Part shown: positions 9,739 through 19,815 of the stretch, one piece after another
How positions within the stretch are numbered: the stretch's first letter is position 1
Layout: each line of letters begins with the position of its first letter
Origin: Treponema sp.
GTDB lineage: Bacteria; Spirochaetota; Spirochaetia; Treponematales; Treponemataceae
Direction: 5' to 3'
Assembly: GCA_045123335.1 (NCBI GenBank)
Contig: JBGVIP010000028.1
Location: 310 to 64,309 of the forward strand
Length of the DNA stretch: 64,000 nucleotides
Notes under the pieces: model-generated
Told to the model about the DNA's origin: nothing
Databases searched by the model: none
Seen by the model: the letters and a program-made list of their open reading frames with translations, nothing else
Translations under genes and position numbers: made by a program

Positions 9739-11385
9739 TTATTCCTGCAATTCAAGATAATAACCGTCTGCTCCGTCATCAGTACTAGTACTTTTTAATT
9801 CATATGAAGTAGAAGAGTCAATGTCTAAAAAATAGTGTTCGCTAATATTATTAACTTTTTTCATATGATTATTATCTGTAAAATTAAAAGTATATGTATC
9901 TGCTTTATTTTTTAGTCCTTTAACTAGAGTGTGAACACTGCTATCATAAACATTTAAGCATTCGTAATTCTCAAAATTAAAAATAATTTTTCCATCTGTT
10001 ACATCTTGACTGCTAGTAATATTTTTTAAATCAATTGCAGCCCCATCATATAAAGTTATAAATAATGGAACAGAAATAGCATGTGAATCTCCATATGGAT
10101 TATTAATAACAGAATCATAAAGGTAAAAATTAAAAGTAGAATAAGTTCCTTTTCCTTTTAATTTCACATTTTCACCATAGATTGACAATATATTTTCATT
10201 TTTAGTTGGATCTGAATAATCAACATATGCTTCTAAACGGTAAGTTGTACTTGGAGTAATTATACTAATAGATTTTGTTTTTGCTGCATCATCTGGTAAT
10301 GCACCAAAAAGTCCGCTAGATCCATCTTCACCATACAAATCTACATAATCAAGAATAAAACTGTCATCGCAATAAATATAAATATTTTTATATTTATATG
10401 CTTCGTTTTTACAGTCTTCTTCAAAAACTGTTTTTATATATTTGGGATAAGCAACAGAACTTCCATCGCCATCTGCTTCTGGGGTTGTTGTTGCATGTAA
10501 ATAAACTGAATAAAAACGTTCATCTGTAATCGGTGTAAGATATGCATCGGCATAACTATATTTCATAACATAGATTGAATCATAATCAGAATACAATAAT
10601 TCAGAGGAAGAAATATTAAAATTATTATCCATTGAGTCCGTATTTAAAACGAACCTATATAGACCTTCTGTAACATTGTCTGGAGAAGTTTCCGTAAAAT
10701 TAAATACAACACCATTGTCATCTGAGTTAGGAGTGGAACAGCTATAGAAAATAGTGTTATCATCCAGATTAATCAAAGAAGCAGAACATGAAGCAAACAC
10801 AGCAAATTCACCTTTTATATGAACCTTGGCTATGTATCCTAAGTTATCATCAGCATAATAATCTGTGCCATCTGGAGTTTCAATAGAATCAATTGTATAA
10901 GGAACTTTTATTGAATTTCTTTTTTCAAGAGAAAATGAGATATTTTCAAGCACTCCAGAATATGTTACTTTGCATTCTTGATAACCAGCGTCTGAAAAAT
11001 AATATTTACAAGCATCGTTATTTATACCTGTAAAAACTATCTTGTCATAAGTCTTATTTAGTTCAACATAAAGCCATAGTCTTTCATAAAAATTATTATC
11101 CTGTTTAATTGTCAATTCAAACGGATCTCCTTCCGTCGGAAAACATACAGCTGTCCAGTTTGTTCTTGAATCTTTCGCTTGTTCATAAAAAGTTGGCATA
11201 AGAGTTCTTGAATCTGTTTCTGCAAAACATAATTCCACAGGGATTAATTCTGAATCAGATTCATTAGAAGATAATGTATTTTTTGCTAAAAGTAGTGAAC
11301 TTAAATTTGTTAAATTCTGAGTATCTGAACAGCCAAAAAATAAAAATACCAAAATTGCAGTCATTATAAAAATAATTTTTTTCAT
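9739..11385 (-). CDS. Hypothetical lipoprotein (low GC)
   Basis: MKKIIFIMTAILVFLFFG-C lipobox; AGGAGAG RBS; rich in Tyr/Asp/Ser. Confidence 0.75.
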   Translation of the reverse strand: MKKIIFIMTAILVFLFFGCSDTQNLTNLSSLLLAKNTLSSNESDSELIPVELCFAETDSRTLMPTFYEQAKDSRTNWTAVCFPTEGDPFELTIKQDNNFYERLWLYVELNKTYDKIVFTGINNDACKYYFSDAGYQECKVTYSGVLENISFSLEKRNSIKVPYTIDSIETPDGTDYYADDNLGYIAKVHIKGEFAVFASCSASLINLDDNTIFYSCSTPNSDDNGVVFNFTETSPDNVTEGLYRFVLNTDSMDNNFNISSSELLYSDYDSIYVMKYSYADAYLTPITDERFYSVYLHATTTPEADGDGSSVAYPKYIKTVFEEDCKNEAYKYKNIYIYCDDSFILDYVDLYGEDGSSGLFGALPDDAAKTKSISIITPSTTYRLEAYVDYSDPTKNENILSIYGENVKLKGKGTYSTFNFYLYDSVINNPYGDSHAISVPLFITLYDGAAIDLKNITSSQDVTDGKIIFNFENYECLNVYDSSVHTLVKGLKNKADTYTFNFTDNNHMKKVNNISEHYFLDIDSSTSYELKSTSTDDGADGYYLELQE

Positions 11386-11399
11386 ATAAACTCTCCTTT

Positions 11400-14300
11400 C
11401 TAGTACAATACAATACCTGAAGCAGATTTTTTAACTATTGTAAAATCAGTACGTGTCTTTTCTGTATTAATTGAAGATGTAGACAAATCAAAATATACAA
11501 CACGATCTGTATTTCTAAAATACAAATCAGATGTTGAAATAAAATTATCTGTATAGATTCCTCCATCCTGTAATAAAATATGATCGTCTTTTATTGCAAG
11601 GATTTTATAAACTCCATAAAAATATTCAGGATTTTTCCCAGAAGGAGCATAGGTATATTCTGTCCCTTGATCCTGCAACATTTCAGGATTAACGCCATAT
11701 AAACCTTCCTGAGTTAAACTTCCATCTTCATTACTTATAGATAGACATGCAATAGCACCTAAATTTGTATAATATAGAGACTGCGCATCAGAATAACTGT
11801 ACATTGTAACATACAATTTACCGTTAACGACTGCCATATCTGAATAATTCTGTGTTAAATCAGAATAAGAATAAATAGGTTTCAAAGGAAATGAGTCGCT
11901 ATATATAGCCGCAGTTGTGGCATCGTCAATTTTTGTACCATCTTCTATACTAAGCCCATTATTAGTGCGGTTAATCTTAATCTTATATATTCCTTTAGTT
12001 TTTCCATTTTCAAATGACAAATATACATAATTTCCGTATACAGCCATTTGACTAAGCGACAAAGCAGTACCTTCGTAATTAACATCAACATTAAAAGTGT
12101 CTGTCTTGTATACCTTGTTATTTCCCGAAACATCTGATTTTGCAATTAAAGGACAAACCGCTATACAATAATCAGTTCCAGAAGGAGAAGTATCTGTTGA
12201 TTTTAACAGCAAATAAATCTCTCCGTTATATTTGTTCATATCTACAATTAGATAACTACCAATATCATTTTTAAATTTGCTATATGCATAATTTAAATCC
12301 TCTATTATTTTTTTTGATGAATTGCTTATTTTATAGGCAAAAAAATCTGAAATTGAAGAAGACGTACATTGACAAATATACAAATAACCGTCATTTAAAT
12401 TCCAGTAATTCCATGAATCTTCGGAAGTTCTTGGCATTTGAATATTGTTTAAAACAATATTTGAAGAACCTTCGTCAGAATAATAATCAATGACATATTG
12501 TTCATCATAATCTATATAAGATCTTTCAAATGCAACCCAATCAGTATTAGCCGCAGTTTCATTAAAACTAAGTTTCATAACAGTATTAACTTCATCATTA
12601 CCGCATTTCATTGTGCAGGAAATATAGTTGTCAGTGCCGGTAATAAACTGCGAATATTTAAGATTAATTGTTGAGCCCGTCCCAACAGATTTGCCGTTAA
12701 TTTTCCACTCAAATGATGATGGAGATACTTCTTTATTATAAGATGCAGCAAAATTTATTGTAGAAGAAAGGTTGTCATTCCAGTCAAATGTTGCATCAGC
12801 AGATTTGTTATAAGTTTTCTGTCCGCCGTCATAAATGCCTGTAGCATTTATAGAAAGGTCATAATAACTGTCTTTTGTGGATATAAGAGAACCACCCCTC
12901 TTAACAAGATAAAGATTAGCGTAAGTTCCTGTAGGAGCAGTATCTCCAGAATTAACATAATCTGTGTCTACTGCAACTTCAAAAGAAAGGTCATAATAGT
13001 AGTCTTTCTTTGCCTTGTCATAAACATAAAGCTTAAGCGTAGATGCGCCTGTAATGGCTGAATTTAATTTTGTTAAAAAGTTATAATCTGAAACATAAAT
13101 TGCCTGTGCTTCTGCATGCGTATTTGAAATCCTAATAAACGGATTATCTTTATCCAAATAATTTTCCGGATCATGAATATAACATGTGCTGAACGGCATT
13201 AAAGCTGTTTCCAAAACAACATTATTTTCAAAAACACCGATATAATCAGAATCTCCTCTAAAACTATCACCTTTTATTACTCCCAATGAAGATTTAGTAT
13301 TAGAAGAATCAGCAAAAACAACTTTACCGTTATTGACAGTAACAGTATAAGAAGAAATCGTATATGTTCCGGTGCTAGAAATTACAGATATACTTCCTTT
13401 TTTACTAAAGAATGTACTGTCAGATTTTGCACTGTCTTTTACAATTGAATTATACTCTTTTGCATCCAAAACAAAATCACCGCAATATACAACAACAGAT
13501 TCATCTTCCTGCCAAGGAGCACTTATCAATGTATCAATAATATTCCAGACATAACCAGCTGTTTCCGGGTAAAGTCCGTTACCAGTGCTTCTTGGATCAG
13601 AATTTGCATAATAATAAGGACGAAGACTGTTCAAAGAATATGTATAATACGCTTCTACAGTTCCTTCTGTAATTTTATCAGAATTTATTGCAATAATAGA
13701 GTCAGAAAGCGGAATATTGTCCAGGCTTATTGTATTTATGCCGTTCTGAAATTCTTTTAAGCCTACTGTAAGTCTGTAAAAACCAGGGGCAAGACCTGTA
13801 CTTGTAGATGGGTTTGGTTCAAGCGTAAAAATCTTTTTACTTTCTTTAATCGTAGAAGTAACAGAAATATATTCTTCTGTTATTGAACCAGAATCAAATG
13901 TTGAAGAAACGTTTGTAAGAGAGAAAGAAAGATTAGTGTCTCCTAAGAAATCATTTTCCCATATTTCCATATCAAATTCAACATTAATAGAATATGAACC
14001 TTCATCTCCACTATTCTGTACGGAAGAAACTTCCATGTCTATTCGACTGCCTGAATTTTCAGACAAATCTACATCGGCTTTTTCTGCATGGAACGAATAA
14101 GTTACCTCTTCAGAATCTGTATACGAGCCGAAAAGATAAATTGAATAATGACCCTTTTTAATCATCTTAAAAGAGATATTACCATTTGAATCTGCCTTAA
14201 GATTTTGAAAATAAGCAGAGCGGGCTTCTTTATATGTATTACGTTCACTTGGATAAAGACTTACTGTCCATACTATGTCATTAAGATAGTCTAACAGATA

Positions 14301-14480
14301 ACTGTTGTTTACGCCTAATACACGGCTTTCTGCCTGTTTTACAGAAATTTTATATTCTGTTCCCTGTTCTTCCTGATTAAAAATAGAGGCAAGCAAAAAC
14401 TTTTCTGAAACAGAATCGCTGTTTGAACAGCCTGCAAAAATCAGGGCAAATAAAATTAATGCACTAAAAATCTTTTTCAT
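11400..14480 (-). CDS. Large hypothetical surface lipoprotein (low GC)
   Basis: Start at ATG 14480 (GGAGAG RBS): MKKIFSALILFALIFAG-C. Ig-like segment (FEWKINGKSV) and a beta-rich C-terminal domain. Confidence 0.75.
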   Translation of the reverse strand: MKKIFSALILFALIFAGCSNSDSVSEKFLLASIFNQEEQGTEYKISVKQAESRVLGVNNSYLLDYLNDIVWTVSLYPSERNTYKEARSAYFQNLKADSNGNISFKMIKKGHYSIYLFGSYTDSEEVTYSFHAEKADVDLSENSGSRIDMEVSSVQNSGDEGSYSINVEFDMEIWENDFLGDTNLSFSLTNVSSTFDSGSITEEYISVTSTIKESKKIFTLEPNPSTSTGLAPGFYRLTVGLKEFQNGINTISLDNIPLSDSIIAINSDKITEGTVEAYYTYSLNSLRPYYYANSDPRSTGNGLYPETAGYVWNIIDTLISAPWQEDESVVVYCGDFVLDAKEYNSIVKDSAKSDSTFFSKKGSISVISSTGTYTISSYTVTVNNGKVVFADSSNTKSSLGVIKGDSFRGDSDYIGVFENNVVLETALMPFSTCYIHDPENYLDKDNPFIRISNTHAEAQAIYVSDYNFLTKLNSAITGASTLKLYVYDKAKKDYYYDLSFEVAVDTDYVNSGDTAPTGTYANLYLVKRGGSLISTKDSYYDLSINATGIYDGGQKTYNKSADATFDWNDNLSSTINFAASYNKEVSPSSFEWKINGKSVGTGSTINLKYSQFITGTDNYISCTMKCGNDEVNTVMKLSFNETAANTDWVAFERSYIDYDEQYVIDYYSDEGSSNIVLNNIQMPRTSEDSWNYWNLNDGYLYICQCTSSSISDFFAYKISNSSKKIIEDLNYAYSKFKNDIGSYLIVDMNKYNGEIYLLLKSTDTSPSGTDYCIAVCPLIAKSDVSGNNKVYKTDTFNVDVNYEGTALSLSQMAVYGNYVYLSFENGKTKGIYKIKINRTNNGLSIEDGTKIDDATTAAIYSDSFPLKPIYSYSDLTQNYSDMAVVNGKLYVTMYSYSDAQSLYYTNLGAIACLSISNEDGSLTQEGLYGVNPEMLQDQGTEYTYAPSGKNPEYFYGVYKILAIKDDHILLQDGGIYTDNFISTSDLYFRNTDRVVYFDLSTSSINTEKTRTDFTIVKKSASGIVLY

Positions 14481-14493
14481 ATATCTCTCCTGA

Positions 14494-16425
14494 TTATTTT
14501 TCAATTATAAGACTATTAATGAGACCACTACCAGGCAACGTAATTACTATAGAAGGATCTTCCATGGCAACACTAACAGTTTTTTCTTTAAGGTTAAACT
14601 TCATTATTCTTGATTTGTATTTTGCACAGTTATAGTCAGAATCTACTTTTTGATATATTCCAGTATCTGGAATGTAAAGTTCATCTTCCTTGATGGCATA
14701 AAAACCAAGTGGATTATAGAACTGGCACTTTTCATTTTCAGGTGTAGGTATAATTAATTTTATTGTTTTGTCTGGAGCCTGTTTCAAATCTGAAACTGTA
14801 TCAGCTGTAGCAATTCCATAAATTTTTATGCTGTTATTCACATTTTTATCAAAATCAAAACCAGTTTCAGTGATTGCTGCAACTGCAATTCCTCCTGTAA
14901 TAGTATCAGTAGAACCTTCCTCAGCTGACATACCATTCGAATAATCTATGAAATTAACCAATACATATATTTTGTATATATCACCGTTTTTTACAGGATA
15001 AATTCCAACTATATAACAAGTCTTTCCTAATGCAGTAATAGTTTTAGAATCAATAATTTCAGTATCAAATGAGGGAGTTCCTTCAGTATAATTAATTTGC
15101 TTGCAATTAAGGGTTTGTTCAGAATTATCATTAGTATTAACATAAACAAAATATTTATCGGCTATAGCAAATCTAGAATTTGATATAGTATAAGTTACAG
15201 ATTTATATTCAGAACCCATTATTTTTACAAAACAATTGTTATTCTCGCCATCTTTCCCATAAATCCATAGATATCCATCTGTATCATATGCTGCTTTTGA
15301 AGCAGAACTAAGTCCATAATTTGAAATAGGAGTAGACGAAGTTTCTGAGTAAACACCATTTACATATGAATATTCTATTATCTTATAGCTATAAGTACCT
15401 GAATCACTATCATATTCAGAATCTAGAAAAGTAAATGTACTGTCTTTAAATGCATATAAATTTGAACTGCAAAATTCATATGAATTTTTCATCGTACAAT
15501 CATATATATAAAGTTCACCGGATCCAGCATTTTTAGGGTAAATATACTGCTCACTATCAGCTTCTGTAAAATTAAATGCAAACATTCTGCTGCAGGAAAC
15601 TGTTTTTGCAGAACTTACATATGCGTATTTTACAAAACATTCAACAGTATTTTTGCCTCCAATATCTACAAGAGCACATTGTTTTGGATTAAAAACAATG
15701 CTGTCTGTATCGTCATAGTCTTCTGTAGAATCATCATTAAGATTTGTGCCGTTTATACGCCATTCATATGTAACGTTTTCAGTAATTTTTGTGCCGTCAG
15801 CATTAAGGCAGGTAAATACAAGTTCCTTACCATCTTCAATATTGAATGTTTCTATCGATGTATCTGAATCTTTCTGTGTACCGTATTCAGCCTTAATCAA
15901 AAGTTCTGTTGTTTCAGGCTTAAGGTTTATAGAACCATCCGCATCAACGCTATATGCAAGGTCAATTGTTATCGGGGTAACTTCGCCGGCAAGGATTAAT
16001 GTTTTATTTGCGGAATACAGAACGTCGCCGTCTGAGTCTTTAATTTCTATTAATGCAAAAAGGGTTTTATTCATTGGAAGATTGATTACGGCAACTGTAC
16101 CGGATGCTTTGTTTCCATCGCCGTGTTCTTCCTGCCACTTTGCTCTTTTAATTTTTCCGGAACCCATAGAAACGCCACCATCCCATGTAATTGTTACGTC
16201 AGCGGTGTATTCGATGAAATTAAATTCTTCATCCTCGATATGGGGTTCTTCATCAAACTGCAGCAAATGAGATGCCGAATTTGCCTGAAGAAAACTGCTT
16301 TCAGGAAGGGAAACATTCAGACCGATTGCAAGTGAAGCTTTTTTTTCACTCGGTTCAATCAGGCTGCAAGAAACAAATAAACTTAACAAAAATACAAAAA
16401 CTGATAAAACTGCATATCTTCTCAT
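14494..16425 (-). CDS. Hypothetical surface lipoprotein (low GC)
   Basis: MRRYAVLSVFVFLLSLFVS-C lipobox; Ig-like segment (YEWRINGTNL). The C-terminus resembles that of the downstream gene. Confidence 0.75.
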   Translation of the reverse strand: MRRYAVLSVFVFLLSLFVSCSLIEPSEKKASLAIGLNVSLPESSFLQANSASHLLQFDEEPHIEDEEFNFIEYTADVTITWDGGVSMGSGKIKRAKWQEEHGDGNKASGTVAVINLPMNKTLFALIEIKDSDGDVLYSANKTLILAGEVTPITIDLAYSVDADGSINLKPETTELLIKAEYGTQKDSDTSIETFNIEDGKELVFTCLNADGTKITENVTYEWRINGTNLNDDSTEDYDDTDSIVFNPKQCALVDIGGKNTVECFVKYAYVSSAKTVSCSRMFAFNFTEADSEQYIYPKNAGSGELYIYDCTMKNSYEFCSSNLYAFKDSTFTFLDSEYDSDSGTYSYKIIEYSYVNGVYSETSSTPISNYGLSSASKAAYDTDGYLWIYGKDGENNNCFVKIMGSEYKSVTYTISNSRFAIADKYFVYVNTNDNSEQTLNCKQINYTEGTPSFDTEIIDSKTITALGKTCYIVGIYPVKNGDIYKIYVLVNFIDYSNGMSAEEGSTDTITGGIAVAAITETGFDFDKNVNNSIKIYGIATADTVSDLKQAPDKTIKLIIPTPENEKCQFYNPLGFYAIKEDELYIPDTGIYQKVDSDYNCAKYKSRIMKFNLKEKTVSVAMEDPSIVITLPGSGLINSLIIEK

Positions 16426-16561
16426 GTTTTCATATTAAGTCTTTTTAATAAATTGTGCTACACAAGAAGCATGTAAAAAATGATTTTTTTTAAGAATTTA
16501 ATTCACAACAGGTGGTTTACTTCGTGCTCTTACGAATCGACAAACTCAACCACCTATTTTT

Positions 16562-17449
16562 CTATTCAATTCTTGCTTTATCAAATAAAGGAGAAGACAG
16601 GAACTTGGAAAGGCTTTCTTTCCAGTCAGGCAGAGCTATGCCAAGGGTTTTCTGGATTTTGTCCTTGCTTAAAACTGAATAAGCCGGGCGCTTTGCAGGT
16701 GTAGGATATTCATCTGTTGTACACGGATTTACGACGCAGTCTTTGTTTGTAATCCAGCCCTTTTCTATTCCCTGTCTTTTGATTTCGTTTGTAAAATCCC
16801 ACCAGGTAATTTCGCCAAGGTCTGTACAATGGTAGATTCCATACGGAACATCATCTTTTTTGATTATCTGAATGATTACAGAAGCAAGATCTGCGGCAAA
16901 AGTCGGAGTTCCTTTCTGATCATTTACAACTTTTACGGCATCGTGTGTGTTCATGGCGCGAATCATTGTGTAAACAAAATTCTTTCCGGCCCAGCCGTAA
17001 AGCCAAGCTGTTCTAAGGATATAATATTCATCTGTAGTAGAAGCTACTGCCTTTTCTCCGTCAGCTTTTGTTACGCCATAAACTCCGATCGGGGCAATCG
17101 GCATGTCTTCTGTTCTTGGTGTGCTGCCCGTGCCGTCAAAAACATAGTCTGTAGAAATATGAATCATCTTTGCGCCGTATTTTTTTGCTACAGATGCAAT
17201 GTTTTCCGGGCCTTTTTCGTTAAGAAGACGGGCAAAATCACTTTCGCTTTCTGCCTTGTCTACGGCTGTATATGCAGAACAGTTGATTATATATTTAAGT
17301 CCGCTAAGGGATGAAGCAAAGCTGTCCAAAGCTTTCGGGGATGTAATGTCTACATCAATGTCAGTTCCCTTAAATTCAATATTATTTTCCTTAAGCTGAC
17401 GCGCAATTTCTGTTCCGAGCATTCCTTTGCAGCCAATTAACCAAATCAT
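16562..17449 (-). CDS. rfbD: dTDP-4-dehydrorhamnose reductase
   Basis: GCKGMLG Rossmann motif, INCSAYTAVDKAE, HISTDYVFDG, YGVTK and PAKRPAYSVL. Confidence 0.95.
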   Translation of the reverse strand: MIWLIGCKGMLGTEIARQLKENNIEFKGTDIDVDITSPKALDSFASSLSGLKYIINCSAYTAVDKAESESDFARLLNEKGPENIASVAKKYGAKMIHISTDYVFDGTGSTPRTEDMPIAPIGVYGVTKADGEKAVASTTDEYYILRTAWLYGWAGKNFVYTMIRAMNTHDAVKVVNDQKGTPTFAADLASVIIQIIKKDDVPYGIYHCTDLGEITWWDFTNEIKRQGIEKGWITNKDCVVNPCTTDEYPTPAKRPAYSVLSKDKIQKTLGIALPDWKESLSKFLSSPLFDKARIE

Positions 17450-17506
17450 ATTAACCCCATGACTAAAATCTTTGTCCGTTTATTTAAAGACTTTTTTATA
17501 AATTTT

Positions 17507-18808
17507 TCAAGTGCGGACCGGATTCGAATAGAAAGATTTTACAACTTCTACCATATAGTCCACGTCTTTTGCTCCGGCACTTTCCATAGGAGAATGCATT
17601 GCCCACTGGGCAAGTCCTATGTCTACAGAGCAGATTGAAACCTGCTTTGTGCTTATGTTTCCAAGGGTGGAACCGCCCGGCGTGTTTGAATTGTTTGTGT
17701 AAACCTGACACGGTACACCGGCTTTTCTACAGATTTCGCGGAAAACTGCGGCGCTAAGCCCGTCTGTTGTATATTTTTGGGATGCGTTGAATTTTAAAAC
17801 CGGTCCGCCGTTTACTGCAGGCTGATTAACAGGGTCAGCAGACTGAACATAATTAGGGTGAACGGCATGTGCATTATCAGCACTGATTAAAAAACCCTTT
17901 GCAACTGCGCGCTGGTAGTCTTCTTCTGAACAGCCGGAACACAGGCAAATTCTGTGAAGGATGTCCTTTAAGAATGTTGAAGCAGCTCCCTGTCGGCTCT
18001 GGCTTCCTACTTCTTCGTTGTCGAACATACAAAATGCCCTTACACCGTCTGAATCCGTACAGGCAGCATTTACAAAGCCCGTGCAGCAAGTGAATACGCA
18101 TTCAAGGTCGTCAAGGCGCGGAGAGCAGATGAATTCGTCCTGAAAGCCCCAGAACGACGGTTCATCCCTATTATATAGAAAAATATCGTGGCCGATTATG
18201 CTGTCTGCGGGAATTCCTGCCTGGGAAGCCAGAAGGTCTGTAAGGCAAAAGTCGGCGCAGGTGGAAACAAGGGGAAGGACTTCGTTCTGAACGTTGATTT
18301 TTCCGCCGTCGTTGGCATCGCGGTTCATGTGGATGGCAAGGTTTGGAATCATAAGAAGATTTCTGTCTATACTAACAAGTTTCTGCCCGATTTTTATTGC
18401 GTCAGTGCTGGATTCGCGGTATACGACCCTTCCGGCTATACTAAGGGGACGGTCAAACCACGGGCGAATCAGCATGCCGCCGTATTTTTCTACGTTTAAG
18501 CGAACCAGTCCGGCCGACTTCATTTCAGGATTTTCCTTTACCTTAAAGCACGGGGAATCTGAATGGGCTGCGGTTATGTAAAAGGCGGCCGGTACTGCGG
18601 TGGCCGGCATTATGAATGCTATAAGAGCGGAGCCGTTTCTGGAAACAAAATATTTTCCCTGCGGTTTAAGTTCCCAGCGGTCGCCTTCGTTAATTTCTGT
18701 AAAGCCAGATGCAAGAAGGATTTCCTTTATGTTTTCTACTGCATGAAAGCAGCTTGGACTTTTCTTTATGAATTCCAGCATTTTGCCGGCATAAGTTGAT
18801 GTATTCAT
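17507..18808 (-). CDS. M18-family (aspartyl) aminopeptidase
   Basis: AHSDSP, EKYGG, RLDDL, DNEEVGSQSRQGA, SADNAHAVHPN and MHS metal-binding motifs. Confidence 0.93.
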   Translation of the reverse strand: MNTSTYAGKMLEFIKKSPSCFHAVENIKEILLASGFTEINEGDRWELKPQGKYFVSRNGSALIAFIMPATAVPAAFYITAAHSDSPCFKVKENPEMKSAGLVRLNVEKYGGMLIRPWFDRPLSIAGRVVYRESSTDAIKIGQKLVSIDRNLLMIPNLAIHMNRDANDGGKINVQNEVLPLVSTCADFCLTDLLASQAGIPADSIIGHDIFLYNRDEPSFWGFQDEFICSPRLDDLECVFTCCTGFVNAACTDSDGVRAFCMFDNEEVGSQSRQGAASTFLKDILHRICLCSGCSEEDYQRAVAKGFLISADNAHAVHPNYVQSADPVNQPAVNGGPVLKFNASQKYTTDGLSAAVFREICRKAGVPCQVYTNNSNTPGGSTLGNISTKQVSICSVDIGLAQWAMHSPMESAGAKDVDYMVEVVKSFYSNPVRT

Positions 18809-18841
18809 TTGTTTTCCTCAGGAATATTATACATCAAATAT

Positions 18842-19165
18842 GGACAGATTGTCACAGTTTAGTAGACGGAATTCGGATGTGACAATCTGTCCTTATATAT
18901 AAATTCTGTCTACCCTGTTTTGTGATAAAACGTCCACATATTTGTGACATCTTGTCCGTGCATTGAGATAAATTGTCCATATATTGTGATTTTATGTCCA
19001 CATATGCATAAATTCTGTCTACTTAACGCCTGTATACCTAGAAAAATTCTACAGAATTTGAATGGGAACCAGGACAAATTGTCACAAAATCATTGTGATT
19101 TTATGTCCTTATAAGGTGTGATAATCTGTCCGTATATTTTAAGCATATGTGGACAGAAAATCACA
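18842..19165. repeat. Iteron-like array A (15-bp TGTGAYWWWYTGTCC, direct and inverted copies)
   Basis: Copies at 18842(rev), 18878, 18921, 18943, 18964, 18985, 19072(rev), 19094, 19117 and 19151(rev). The 18921-18985 copies are spaced 21-22 bp. Confidence 0.85.
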
Positions 19166-19215
19166 AACGCCACTCCCCTACTCTGAACAAACTCACTATA
19201 AATTTAAAAAAAATT

Positions 19216-19409
19216 TGCGCGAAGGAGCGAAGCGGAATGAAAAAAGACTCTGATTGTGGGTGCCGCGAAGCGGCATATCATAAGTTCCTTTGCCACAATC
19301 AGCGTCTAGCCCGCTAGCGGGCGATTTTTCATTCCGCTTCGTGACTGGGAGCATATTTTTGATAAATATTTATTATGATGAGTCTGCTTCCGCTTCGCTC
19401 CTTCGCGCA
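19216..19409. repeat. GC-rich nested inverted repeats inside the origin region
   Basis: tgcgcgaaggagcgaagcggaa (19216-19237) is the reverse complement of 19388-19409, and cgaagcggaatgaaaaa (19228-19244) is the reverse complement of 19325-19341. Confidence 0.8.
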
Positions 19410-19466
19410 TTTTTTTTTAATCTCACTTGTATTTTATCGCCCCTGCTCCCCTCCCCTACTGCTTTA

Positions 19467-19664
19467 TGTGACAAAACGTCCATATAAGGACAGAAAATCA
19501 CAATACGAAAAACAGGCTGTGACAATCCGTCAACATAAAAAAGACAACCTGTCCGTACCAGAATGATTTTCTGTCCACATGAAAAAAAGCAGAAGTCTGC
19601 ATAAAAAATGACAATCTGTCCGCATAACCATGACATTACGTCCGTATAAGATGACAAACTGTCC
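19467..19664. repeat. Iteron-like array B
   Basis: Copies at 19467, 19488(rev), 19518, 19540, 19562, 19607, 19629 and 19650, with about 22-bp periodicity (one degenerate slot near 19584). Confidence 0.85.
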
Positions 19665-19778
19665 GTATTAGCATAAATAACTTTTTTTATTACAACAAAA
19701 TACAACGGCCTATATTATTTAAATTAACAAAAATTTAAAACAAATTTTAATAATTTGTGCAAATTCTTCAATATGAAT
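19665..19778. other. AT-rich tract next to the iterons (candidate DNA-unwinding element)
   Basis: Very AT-rich run (e.g. tatattatttaaattaacaaaaatttaaaacaaattttaataatt) between iteron array B and the rep promoter. Confidence 0.55.
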
Positions 19779-19779
19779 C

Positions 19780-19815
19780 TCGACTTATATGTGGACATGT
19801 GATAAACTAAAGTCC
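19780..19815 (+). promoter_or_regulatory. Candidate rep promoter with inverted iteron half-sites
   Basis: TCGACT(19780)-17 nt-TAAACT(19803) with a TGn extension. GGAC (19793) and GTCC (19812) flank the -10. Confidence 0.45.

Noticed and set aside
16510-16555. Branched hairpin (aggtggtt...aaccacct) upstream of the lipoprotein operon as a riboswitch
   Set aside because: It matches no riboswitch consensus I recognise and is adequately explained as a terminator or stabiliser after rfbD.
18842-19664. Repeat arrays as a possible CRISPR
   Set aside because: The repeats are 15 bp, degenerate and in both orientations, with 6-7 bp gaps. There are no unique 30-40 bp spacers and no cas genes.
18930-19800. 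GTCCACA ends of several iterons as DnaA boxes
   Set aside because: They differ from TTATCCACA at two or more positions and are just extensions of the iteron motif. No convincing DnaA box was found by eye.
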